Source: a virus (lineage: Duplodnaviria > Caudoviricetes). Taken from it: 54,810 nucleotides of DNA. Every line of letters starts with the position of its first letter. Within the stretch, counting starts at the first letter, position 1. Where the stretch lies: the IMG/VR virus record IMGVR_UViG_3300045119_000359, positions 1-54,810 of that record, one strand, 5' to 3'. Both the position numbers and the translations under genes were made by a program. Below are positions 47,098-54,810 of this stretch, piece after piece. The notes beneath the pieces are model-generated. The model ran no database searches. It was not told the origin of the DNA and saw only the letters and a list, made by a program, of their open reading frames with translations.

Positions 47098-47451
47098 GCA
47101 AAAACACACACTGCGATGCAGGGCCACCTTCACCGACCGCGATCAGGCTGGCGCACAGGCTGGCCGAGAAATTCCTTGAGAAAGGCCAAGCACTGGTAAT
47201 CAAGCCGGATGGTTCGATTACCACGGTAACCCCGGAGAACGGAACAGAACTTTCAGTTGGAAGAACTGAACCGGTTCGTGGATGGCTACATCGAAGTCAT
47301 ACGACCACCCGGCATCCCCGGTGTAATCATGGTTATCAATGAGGAAGGGAAACTCAAAGATCTGAAATTCAACGCCGTGGCCACCGTGATATGGCAGGTG
47401 GACGCAATCGTGGGCAATGCCCTTTTGTGCCACAGCGACCAGGTGAAATGA
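47094..47451 (+). pseudogene. DUF3846-like gene broken by a +1 frameshift near 47248
   Basis: LVIKPDG...PENGT in one frame; LEELNRFVDGYIEV...INEEGK...IVGNALL in the +1 frame. Confidence 0.7.
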
Positions 47452-47672
47452 AGTCGCTTTGTCTTTTGATGGCACTGGCGACAATCACCTTTGGCCAAAC
47501 ACTTGCTCCGGAGATTCCCTACATCGAACCGCCGTGGCTACAGGTCAACGCCATTCAGCATAAGCGAGCCGACCTGAAGCCGGAGAGCGTCAACATCATC
47601 ACCAGCGCAAAGCCGACCGTGAAACAGATCGACTTCAACCACTGGCAAATCACTTTCAGCAGCAGATTCTAA
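47448..47672 (+). CDS. Small protein with signal-peptide-like N-terminus
   Basis: MKSLCLLMALATITFG. Confidence 0.55.
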   Translation: MKSLCLLMALATITFGQTLAPEIPYIEPPWLQVNAIQHKRADLKPESVNIITSAKPTVKQIDFNHWQITFSSRF

Positions 47673-47962
47673 TGAAGATCAACAAAACGAAATGTCCCAC
47701 CTGTCCATGGCGGGAGAACAGTCCCTATGCCTATCTGCGGGAAGAATTGACTCTGAGCGCGTTGAGTCGCACTTCCCGCATCTGTCATTGCACCGGAAGC
47801 AACGCCATTAACGCCGACACTGGCAAGCCAGAGTCAATCTGCCGTGGGGCGCGTGACGAGCAGCTACAATTCTTTGCGGCCACAGGATTCCTTCCGGAAG
47901 CAACCGACGAGGCGTGGATTGCCAAGTGCAAAAAGTTGAAAATAAAGCCTGATAATAATTGA
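47672..47962 (+). CDS. Cys-rich hypothetical protein
   Basis: CPTCPWRE...ICHCTG...ICRG. Confidence 0.7.
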   Translation: MKINKTKCPTCPWRENSPYAYLREELTLSALSRTSRICHCTGSNAINADTGKPESICRGARDEQLQFFAATGFLPEATDEAWIAKCKKLKIKPDNN

Positions 47963-47986
47963 CAATACGAACCAGCTTCGTATCTT
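47959..47986 (+). promoter_or_regulatory. Sigma70-like promoter with operator in spacer
   Basis: TTGACA-16-TATCTT with TACGAACCAGCTTCGTA palindrome. Confidence 0.75.
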
Positions 47987-47993
47987 AGCAGCG

Positions 47994-48545
47994 ATGAACG
48001 ATAAAAGCATAACTATCACCGAAGCGTTGGCCGAAATTAAGACTATCGGCAAGCGCGTTGAAACCAAACAGTCTCAGCTACAGGCTTACCTGTACCGTGA
48101 TTCCCGAATGAGAGACCCGATGGAGAAGGAAGGCGGAAGCGCGGAGTACATCAAGCGCGAGCGACAGGCCGTGACCGACCTGCAAAAGCGCGTGGTCGAA
48201 CTGCGGCTGGCCATCCAGAAATCCAACATGGCCACTAAGCTGGCCATGAACGGCACTGAAATGACCGTTTACGAGTGGCTGATCTGGCGGCGTGAAGTCG
48301 CCCCGGGCATCCAGAACCACCTGATGCAGCTATGGTCTGGCTTGCAGACCGCCCGTCGCTCCGCTCAACAGCGCGGCGTGAACGTGGTCGCTGCGGCGGC
48401 TGCTGTGCAGGGAAGTAACGACGTCCAGGAGCTGATCGTGAACGTCAACGAGCAGGAGCTGGCCGAGCAGCGCGAGAACATCGAGAAGATGCTCGGTGAT
48501 CTGGACGGTCGCCTGTCCCTGATTAACGCCACCACCACAATCTAA
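47994..48545 (+). CDS. DIP1984/DUF6847-like long coiled-coil protein
   Basis: ITEAL...AIQKSN..T...MTVYEW...LDGRLSLINATTTI pattern recalled for this family. Confidence 0.7.
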   Translation: MNDKSITITEALAEIKTIGKRVETKQSQLQAYLYRDSRMRDPMEKEGGSAEYIKRERQAVTDLQKRVVELRLAIQKSNMATKLAMNGTEMTVYEWLIWRREVAPGIQNHLMQLWSGLQTARRSAQQRGVNVVAAAAAVQGSNDVQELIVNVNEQELAEQRENIEKMLGDLDGRLSLINATTTI

Positions 48546-48552
48546 CAACAAT

Positions 48553-48818
48553 TTGCCTTCGATAGCGAAACAAAAGGAAACGCATACAACAAAGCAAGGA
48601 TTCGTCCTTTAAGACGACCCACCCTGCAATGGTGTTGAAACCAAAAAACCACTCAAAGCTTAAAGCGTGAAAGGTCAGAAGCTGAAACTAATCAACGCTC
48701 ACCGATGAAACTACAAAAGCTGGATAAAATCCGTGGTAACAACCCTCCCGAGCGGAGACGTTCGGAAACGCGCCGTGTGTGGCGCACTTTTGGGTTCATG
48801 GCTGCGATTTGGAGGCAA
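48553..48818 (+). ncRNA. Candidate structured ncRNA with internal tandem A-rich repeats
   Basis: Closing stem 48553-48562/48809-48818, nested stems, GAGA tetraloop, repeat tract 48653-48720. Confidence 0.75.
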
Positions 48819-48835
48819 CCCTTTTTAACAAAACT

Positions 48836-49048
48836 ATGAGAACCAAATACCAACTATGGAAAGTAAGTAACGGCTGGCTGCTTGTGCCGGAAGGCAAGGA
48901 TGGCCAGATCGTTTCTGCCGACGCGCCACAGTGCGTCGTGTTCAGAACACTGAAAGAATTTGCGGATTACAAACCCAAGAGGGAACGCAAAAGCAGAGCG
49001 GCGGTCAAAACACCGTCACCAGAAGAACCCCAACACACGAAAGACTAA
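48836..49048 (+). CDS. Hypothetical protein
   Basis: YQLWKVSNGWLL. Confidence 0.65.
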   Translation: MRTKYQLWKVSNGWLLVPEGKDGQIVSADAPQCVVFRTLKEFADYKPKRERKSRAAVKTPSPEEPQHTKD

Positions 49049-49053
49049 ACACA

Positions 49054-49320
49054 ATGCCAATCTCAATTAACGTCAATATCGAAAAAGTAGATAAGGAACG
49101 TTTCTTCAAAGGGAAGAAAGGCCGCTACATGGACTTGGTGCTTTTTGAAACCCCGGACTCCGAGTACGGAGACTACATGGTCAAACAGCGCGGAGACAAA
49201 GGCGAGAAGATGCCGATTCTTGGGAATGGCAAGTACTTCAAGCCGAAAGATGGAACGGCAGGAGCAAAGAAAGGAAAACCTGATGAATCCGAATCCGGCA
49301 GCGGCGGAGACCCTTGGTAA
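49054..49320 (+). CDS. Putative single-stranded DNA-binding protein
   Basis: INVNIEKVDK...GKKGRYMDL...PILGNGK with acidic/aromatic tail GGDPW. Confidence 0.6.
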   Translation: MPISINVNIEKVDKERFFKGKKGRYMDLVLFETPDSEYGDYMVKQRGDKGEKMPILGNGKYFKPKDGTAGAKKGKPDESESGSGGDPW

Positions 49321-49539
49321 CATAACACCCTGCCCTTACTGCGGCTGTCCTGACGAGTTTGACCACACCGAGGAATGCCCTGTGCTTCCCGAAGTGGTGG
49401 CATTGCAGCGGCGGGTTAAGGCTTTGGAACAAAATCAGGCCATACTGACCACGGCACTACAGGGCACTGTTACCCAATGCATGGAGCTGGCCAAGCTGAT
49501 AGCTGATATTGGCCGAGTCATGCAGGGACTTAAACCCGC

Positions 49540-49722
49540 ATGAAATACCGACTGCTAAAATCCACCAAAGCCAGCGGATTCGTCCTTTGGGTAGTCCAGA
49601 AAAAAGTCTTGTGGTGGTGGGATTACGTCGATTCCTACATGGACGAACAGAAGGCGTTGCTTGTCTTGGACAAACTCCGTGAAGGAACACCCGAAGAAAC
49701 CAGAGAAGTAATCAACGCATGA
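49540..49722 (+). CDS. Hypothetical protein
   Basis: MKYRLLK...VQKKVLWWW. Confidence 0.6.
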   Translation: MKYRLLKSTKASGFVLWVVQKKVLWWWDYVDSYMDEQKALLVLDKLREGTPEETREVINA

Positions 49723-50141
49723 AACTAACAGGCAACTATAAACACGGCCATGGTCGCGGGAGTCGAGCCTATTACTGCTGGCGTAACATGCTCAATCGCT
49801 GCCAGAATCCCAAGGTTAAATCCTTCAAGGATTACGGAGCGAAGGGCATCACGGTTTGTAGCCGGTGGTGGGACTTCAGGAATTTCCTTGCTGACATGGG
49901 GGAACCACCCCCGGGCATGACCATTGATCGCATCGAGAATCACAAGGGCTACTTCAAAGGAAATTGCCGTTGGGCTACCAGACTTCAACAACTTCAAAAC
50001 AAATCCAATAAAATCACCTTCCGTGGCAGGACGCAGACTCTCAGAGCGTGGGCAAAGGAATTAGGGATAAAGGAAACCACGATCTGGATGCGCTTGAATG
50101 CCTACGGTTGGCCAATAGAAAGGGCTTTCCAGTGCGCTTAA
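49719..50141 (+). mobile_element. HNH homing endonuclease
   Basis: WRNMLNRC...YGAKGITVC.RW..F.NFLADMG...TIDRIEN.KGY..GNCRWAT..QQ..N. Confidence 0.9.
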
Positions 50142-51064
50142 CAAACCGATTCAACCTGCCGGAACCCTTTGTTGCTGCTGTCAGCAGTGACGACTACGAG
50201 CGCGGCGGTGCCGAATACACGGCCACCGAGCTGATTAAGCCGAGCCGCATTGTAGCCTACTCCCGTAAATACGACGACATTATGACAGAGGATGCCTCTG
50301 AGCGCGTGTGGCGTTTCCAAGGCCAGACCAAACATGTTGTTCTTGAGCGCATCGCCAAGACCAACCCTGTCCGTTACCTGGTGGAGCAACGCTTTGAAAC
50401 CACCATGCCCGGGACTGGCGCGAAGATCAGCGGCAAGATCGACCTGTTCGACAAGCAGATGGACTGCCGCACCCTTTACGACTGGAAGGAAACCTCTGTA
50501 TGGAAATTTATGATGGGCGACACCGAGGAATGGGAGCAACAGGCCAACATCAACCTTTATCTAATGCGGGTAAACGGCTTCAATGTCGAGAAACTTATCA
50601 ACATCGCAATCCTAAAAGACTGGAAAGCGCGTGAAGCGCGTTTCAGCCGAAAGCCTGACTATCCAAAGTGTGCGGTTCATGTCATGCCGCTTCCTATGTG
50701 GAGTATCGGACAGGCTCAGGATTACATCAACAAGCGGGTGGAGAAACACCGCGCAGAGGCGGCTAACCCTCCGGTGTGCAACAAAAAGGAACGCTGGCAG
50801 CGGGACGCAAGTTTCGCTGTCATGCGCACCGACCGGAAGAGGGCCATCAAGCTGTGCATGAGCCGCGATCAGGCCGAGGCTGTCATGATGCATGGAATGA
50901 AGATAGCTCCCCCGGGGGACTCCAAGAAATTTTACATCGAGGAACGCGCAGCCGAGCCTGTTCGCTGTCTCGATTTCTGTGCAGTGCAGCTACAATGCGA
51001 CTTTGGCGTGGATGCCGAAACGAAATGGAAGGCCAAGCATGCGACGACTGAAACTGAGAGTTAA
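50132..51064 (+). CDS. PD-(D/E)XK (Cas4/RecB-like) exonuclease
   Basis: TNRFNLPEPF, ATELIKP, ISGKIDLF, DWKETS, QANINLY, C-terminal RC..FC....QC; GTG start with GAAAGGG RBS. Confidence 0.85.
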   Translation: MRLTNRFNLPEPFVAAVSSDDYERGGAEYTATELIKPSRIVAYSRKYDDIMTEDASERVWRFQGQTKHVVLERIAKTNPVRYLVEQRFETTMPGTGAKISGKIDLFDKQMDCRTLYDWKETSVWKFMMGDTEEWEQQANINLYLMRVNGFNVEKLINIAILKDWKAREARFSRKPDYPKCAVHVMPLPMWSIGQAQDYINKRVEKHRAEAANPPVCNKKERWQRDASFAVMRTDRKRAIKLCMSRDQAEAVMMHGMKIAPPGDSKKFYIEERAAEPVRCLDFCAVQLQCDFGVDAETKWKAKHATTETES

Positions 51065-51157
51065 ACTCCTGTGGCATTGCCTGATTCACTTGCACAGGCC
51101 AGCCTACGATAGCACCCATCCCGATAGCTCGTTCTGTTGGGACTGCGATTACATGCC

Positions 51158-51697
51158 ATGAACACACACACAGCATATTCAGGAAAGCGAGACCCGATCA
51201 ACTGTCCGGCCAATCAACCAGACCCGAGGAAGTCACTACAAAGATTAAAAAGTGCGGTTGGGTCATGCACCTGCCTAACAAAAACACCCGAAGTGAAGTT
51301 TCATTCACCGGACTGCCAATACCGCAAGATAATGGAGCAGCCAGCTACGGACAAGCAGTGGACGCCTGTTTATGGCAGCATTGATTGTGGGAATGGTAAG
51401 CCGTTTTTGTCTTGCGGCACCTACGATAACGCAAAATCAATATGTGACGCTCACAACGCAGAGCGGGACGCGCACAGGACTGTTCGGCATGAATATCAGC
51501 ACGTTCTTGTGTTTACGCGCCAGCAACTCGCCGCCGAGCAGGAGAAGGTGAAGAACCTTCACAGGATTCTCGGAAAGAAACGCACCGAGATAAGGGACTT
51601 GAAAGAGCAGCTTGCTACCGTCAGGGAGCTACGGGAAGACGATCTGAGAACAATTATGCAGCTTCGTGAACGAGTGGAGCAGCCGGAGGAAAAATGA
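51158..51697 (+). CDS. Hypothetical mosaic protein
   Basis: CTCLTKTPEVKFH..DC motif followed by a coiled coil. Confidence 0.6.
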   Translation: MNTHTAYSGKRDPINCPANQPDPRKSLQRLKSAVGSCTCLTKTPEVKFHSPDCQYRKIMEQPATDKQWTPVYGSIDCGNGKPFLSCGTYDNAKSICDAHNAERDAHRTVRHEYQHVLVFTRQQLAAEQEKVKNLHRILGKKRTEIRDLKEQLATVRELREDDLRTIMQLRERVEQPEEK

Positions 51698-51894
51698 TCG
51701 ACCCAAAGGAAGTGAAAGGATTACAGTGTCACTGGAAAGCGGGAGACAAAATAAAAGTCCCGGGGATTGAAGGTTATGCGACCATTCTCAGGGTTACCGA
51801 CAGCTCATTGATCGACGTTCTGTATTACGACAGGGTTCTCACAGATCAGGAAAAGCGGTGCATGGAACAGTATCTCAGGGAGAAAATGAAATGA
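51694..51894 (+). CDS. Small protein resembling the ends of the LamG-like repeat
   Basis: IDPKEVKGLQCHWKA...LYYDRVLTDQEKRCMEQYL. Confidence 0.6.
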   Translation: MIDPKEVKGLQCHWKAGDKIKVPGIEGYATILRVTDSSLIDVLYYDRVLTDQEKRCMEQYLREKMK

Positions 51895-52244
51895 TCGAAG
51901 ACGAAGAAATAAGAGACATCGAAAAAAAAATGCAGGAGTGCATCGCCCGCATGAAAACGCTCGCTCCACTGGTGGGTGTGGCGAGGCAGGTCAAGGAATT
52001 TAGCGGTGACCAGCGCAAGAACGCTCTGGCTGCCGAGCAGATCAAATACATCACTCGCGGGGAATCGGTGGCCGCATCAGAAACGCTGGCACGTTCCAAT
52101 CCCGCCTACCTTGAAGTCTTCAAGTCATTGGAAAAGAACTATGCCGATGCCTGTGGCACCATTGCCGAGTGGGAATCTACCTTTGCCCGTTATGAGGCTT
52201 GCCGTAGCATGCTGGCCATGGCGAGGGAAACTCTCGGGCTATGA
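51891..52244 (+). CDS. Helical hypothetical protein
   Basis: ATGA-coupled; ends EACRSMLAMARETLGL. Confidence 0.7.
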   Translation: MIEDEEIRDIEKKMQECIARMKTLAPLVGVARQVKEFSGDQRKNALAAEQIKYITRGESVAASETLARSNPAYLEVFKSLEKNYADACGTIAEWESTFARYEACRSMLAMARETLGL

Positions 52245-52425
52245 GTGATGCGTGGGCAACCGTCGGAGCATTTTTCAACGGGCTGGCGAAGTCCCGGTTC
52301 ATCCGGTGGACAGGCCGCACCACTAAAAGCGAGCGTGTTGATCGCCACACCGGGATGAACCGGATCTGGTTGAAGATCAAATGACCGCTTGACAACCCCG
52401 GAGTTGCGTCGCTTAATCAGAGGCG

Positions 52426-52617
52426 ATGAAAACTACATCGCAGAAAAACGCCTTCGGCGGTGGCTACGGAATCAATCGCGGCCTCAAGGGTAGCTCCCAT
52501 CTGACCACTGCACTTCCTCCGCATGCCAACGTGCGGGTTTCCCCGGGTCTCCACAAGATAACTCCCGGCAGTCCCAAATCCGGCCATGCCAGAGTCACGG
52601 CCAAGCGCAACGCCTGA
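52426..52617 (+). CDS. Small basic protein
   Basis: TTGACA promoter at 52389; GAGG RBS. Confidence 0.55.
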   Translation: MKTTSQKNAFGGGYGINRGLKGSSHLTTALPPHANVRVSPGLHKITPGSPKSGHARVTAKRNA

Positions 52618-52671
52618 TGGCCAAGAAAAAGAAAAAGAGGAAGGGCGGTAAACCGCCCATGCCCTACTGAC

Positions 52672-52833
52672 ATGCCGCTCAAACAAGGGAAATCCGAGAA
52701 GGTGGTGGGTGAGAACATCCGTGAGTTTCATTCCGGAAAAACGTATCAGCGCACGTTGAAGAAATTCGGTCGCAGCGCAGCCAACAAGCAAGCCATCGCA
52801 GTGGCTTTGTCGATTCGGCGCAAGGGTAGATAA
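52672..52833 (+). CDS. Small basic protein (53 aa)
   Basis: MPLKQGKSEKVVGENIREF...KQAIAVALSIRRKGR; not in the ORF track. Confidence 0.75.
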   Translation: MPLKQGKSEKVVGENIREFHSGKTYQRTLKKFGRSAANKQAIAVALSIRRKGR

Positions 52834-52837
52834 GAAA

Positions 52838-52879
52838 GCGGCGCAGGCACACCGATGAGCCTACGCCGCCATTTCTTCT
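52838..52879 (+). terminator. Putative intrinsic terminator
   Basis: GCGGCG-C-AGGC...GCCT-A-CGCCGC followed by ATTTCTTCT. Confidence 0.5.
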
Positions 52880-52977
52880 CACTTCAACCTCGTTGTCCGG
52901 AAGCTAAAATCAAAATTTTCTGCCGCAAGCATCTTTTTTCTTGCGCACCATCCGCGCAGTGGCGAAGATGCGATTCA

Positions 52978-53079
52978 TGCGAGTAGGAATTCACCAGTCT
53001 CCCAGTGGGTGCTCTGTGTGTATCTTCGGCATCACGCTGAAACTACTCGCAAAGCACGGAGCATCCACTGGGGGGCTGG
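52978..53079 (+). promoter_or_regulatory. Long hairpin/pseudoknot leader upstream of the primase-helicase
   Basis: 26-bp stem 52994-53019/53054-53079 plus 52978-52986 complementary to loop 53043-53051. Confidence 0.65.
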
Positions 53080-53129
53080 CCAATGTCGTCTGACCAGCAG
53101 CGGCAAACACTTCACCGGGAGGGTTGCCT

Positions 53130-54810
53130 ATGACTGTCTCGATGGTGAAACGCTGTCACCAGACAGAAACCCATCCGATCACGTTCGATGAAATCTGGTT
53201 AGCCATTAGATCCGGCGACCACGGCCTCAAGGAAAAGATCACTCAGATCCGGAATCGCTACGAGGTAGAGAAAGACATCACCGGAGATGTAGCAAAGGCC
53301 AAGAAAGCCATTGCTGACCTCAAGCTGGAACTGCCGGGCTTCCTGCCCAGTGGGACGTTTTCAAAGCGGGAGAGCGGCAGCCTGGTTGAATACTCCGGTG
53401 TTCTGTGCGCCGACATGGACTCACTGGGAGATCGGCTGGCCGAGATCCGGGCGCTTTTCAAGACGATGCCGTTCGTGCGAGCGATCGCGCTGTCGCCATC
53501 TGGTGATGGGCTGAAGGTTTTCTTCAACGTCATCAAAGATCCTCTCCGGCATGAGGATTCCTTCCGGTCGATCCGGGACAACGTTCGGGACTTGGGCATC
53601 GAGATTGACGAGAAATGCAAAGATCCGTGCCGCATCTGCTTTTTCACCTACGATCCCGACTTATGGCTGCGGGAGGACGGAAACGAGATCCTTCCACCCG
53701 CCGACCCGTTGCCCCGGGGTAAGACATTGCCTGTCCCACCCCCGACGTCAGCCGACGTCAGCTCCGCGTTGTCTCGGGAGCAGATTGCATTCAGGCTGCT
53801 GGGCGAGCTGCGGCCTGCTCCGGAGAAGGGCGGATACTTCGTGGATTGCCCCGGGGTAACTTTTCACACCAACAAGAGCGGGGAAAAGCACACCATTTTA
53901 TACTTGGATTCCGTCCCAACTCTGTCGTGCCAGCATGCCTCTTGTTCCCATGTTGTTGAGTCCTTCAACAAGGTGCTCCGATCCGAGATCGGGAAGGCCG
54001 AATTCAAGCCCGGGGTTAATCGTCCGTCCCCGAATGGAAGGAACGGAGAGGAGGCGGTGCCGGAAGTTCCATGGATCGAGATTCTGACCAAGGGAGCTGT
54101 CACCGCGACAGAGCTGAGTGGCCTGAACATCGTCCCGCGCAAGAAACTGCTCGGGGAATGGTTCTGCGAAGCCGACCTGGGGTTCTTTTTCGGGCCGCGG
54201 GGAGCAGGCAAGACCTGGTTCACGCTCGGGTTCATCGGTGCCGTCACCACAGCAGGGTCGTTCGGAGACTGGAAAGCGCCCGAGGCAGTCAAGGTGCTCT
54301 ACGTCGATGGCGAAATGCCGCCTGATTCGATGAAGGCGCGGTGCGAAGGGCTGCGAACGGTCAATGATAACCTGACCATCATCAATCACTCCATCCTGTT
54401 CGACCGCACCGACAAAACCATGAACGTCACAAACCCGCTGATTCAGGATGCGCTGACGACCTACTGTCTGAACAACGCCATGCGGGTGCTGGTTCTGGAC
54501 AACCTTTCCACGCTCGGCGTGGGCATGAAGGAAAACGACGCCGACTCATGGGAGCTGGTCAATGCGTGGCTGCTGAACCTTCGCAAGCGCGGGATCTCGG
54601 TGGTCATAATCCACCACTCCGGGCGAAGCGGCCAGATGCGCGGCACTTCGCGGCGCGAGGACAATGTGTTCTGGATCGTCTCCATTGATGACATCAGGAA
54701 AGACTCGGACGAGAGCGGGGCGCAGTTCACCACCAGATTCACGAAGCAGAGCCGCAACACGCCGGACGAGATTCCCGATTACGAATGGCATTTTGAGCCG
54801 GACAAGCTGA
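53130..54810 (+). CDS. VirE-N/BT4734-like primase fused to RecA-like (AAA_25) helicase, about 629 aa across the junction
   Basis: GGAGG RBS; LPGFLPSGTF...YSGVLCADMD, SPSGDGLKVF, KDPCRICFFTYDP; GPRGAGKT, VLYVDGEM, LVLDNL. Missing from the ORF track because there is no stop before the window end. Confidence 0.9.
   Translation, partial: MTVSMVKRCHQTETHPITFDEIWLAIRSGDHGLKEKITQIRNRYEVEKDITGDVAKAKKAIADLKLELPGFLPSGTFSKRESGSLVEYSGVLCADMDSLGDRLAEIRALFKTMPFVRAIALSPSGDGLKVFFNVIKDPLRHEDSFRSIRDNVRDLGIEIDEKCKDPCRICFFTYDPDLWLREDGNEILPPADPLPRGKTLPVPPPTSADVSSALSREQIAFRLLGELRPAPEKGGYFVDCPGVTFHTNKSGEKHTILYLDSVPTLSCQHASCSHVVESFNKVLRSEIGKAEFKPGVNRPSPNGRNGEEAVPEVPWIEILTKGAVTATELSGLNIVPRKKLLGEWFCEADLGFFFGPRGAGKTWFTLGFIGAVTTAGSFGDWKAPEAVKVLYVDGEMPPDSMKARCEGLRTVNDNLTIINHSILFDRTDKTMNVTNPLIQDALTTYCLNNAMRVLVLDNLSTLGVGMKENDADSWELVNAWLLNLRKRGISVVIIHHSGRSGQMRGTSRREDNVFWIVSIDDIRKDSDESGAQFTTRFTKQSRNTPDEIPDYEWHFEPDKL
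54619..54810. repeat. Terminal direct repeat (copy 2)
   Basis: Matches 1-192. Confidence 0.97.

Noticed and set aside
48653-48720. CRISPR or TIGR-like array
   Set aside because: Units are only 6-9 nt with no spacer/repeat alternation, and there is no Cas or Nop-domain gene. The Cas4-like nuclease is an ordinary phage exonuclease.

Overview
The window is a complete, circularly permuted ~54.6 kb genome of a tailed dsDNA phage. Bases 1-192 repeat at 54619-54810 with one synonymous mismatch, in the middle of a gene, which indicates an assembly overlap. No tape-measure or sheath genes are recognisable, so a podovirus-like virion is inferred. The minus strand from 4.7 to 40.3 kb carries the morphogenesis block: terminase subunits, portal, scaffold, capsid, lectin/collagen fibres, holin-like genes, tail proteins, ejection proteins (including a 2254-aa multi-enzyme protein) and an amidase endolysin. 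The plus strand from 43.4 kb, wrapping to 4.6 kb, carries early and replication genes: a PD-(D/E)XK nuclease, an SSB-like protein, a VirE-N primase/helicase, an iteron-like origin, an N4C/N6A methyltransferase and an FkbM fusion. A divergent AAA+/vWA module lies between the two blocks. No DNA polymerase, integrase, reverse transcriptase or CRISPR array was seen. The most unusual signals are: (1) a DIP1984/DUF6847-like coiled-coil gene followed directly by a ~266-nt closed structured RNA carrying about nine tandem ~7-nt A-rich units, a candidate undescribed protein-ncRNA system; (2) a fully intact tRNA(CAT) embedded in frame as the interdomain linker of a protein-coding gene; (3) three intron-less homing endonucleases that split or re-supply their host genes; (4) a -1 frameshift cassette in a non-tail gene; (5) a virion protein combining TrxB-like, ParB-like, GHKL and HExxH domains; (6) a 13-bp palindromic operator shared by at least five early promoters. 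All family assignments are from motif recognition by eye; no database searches were run.
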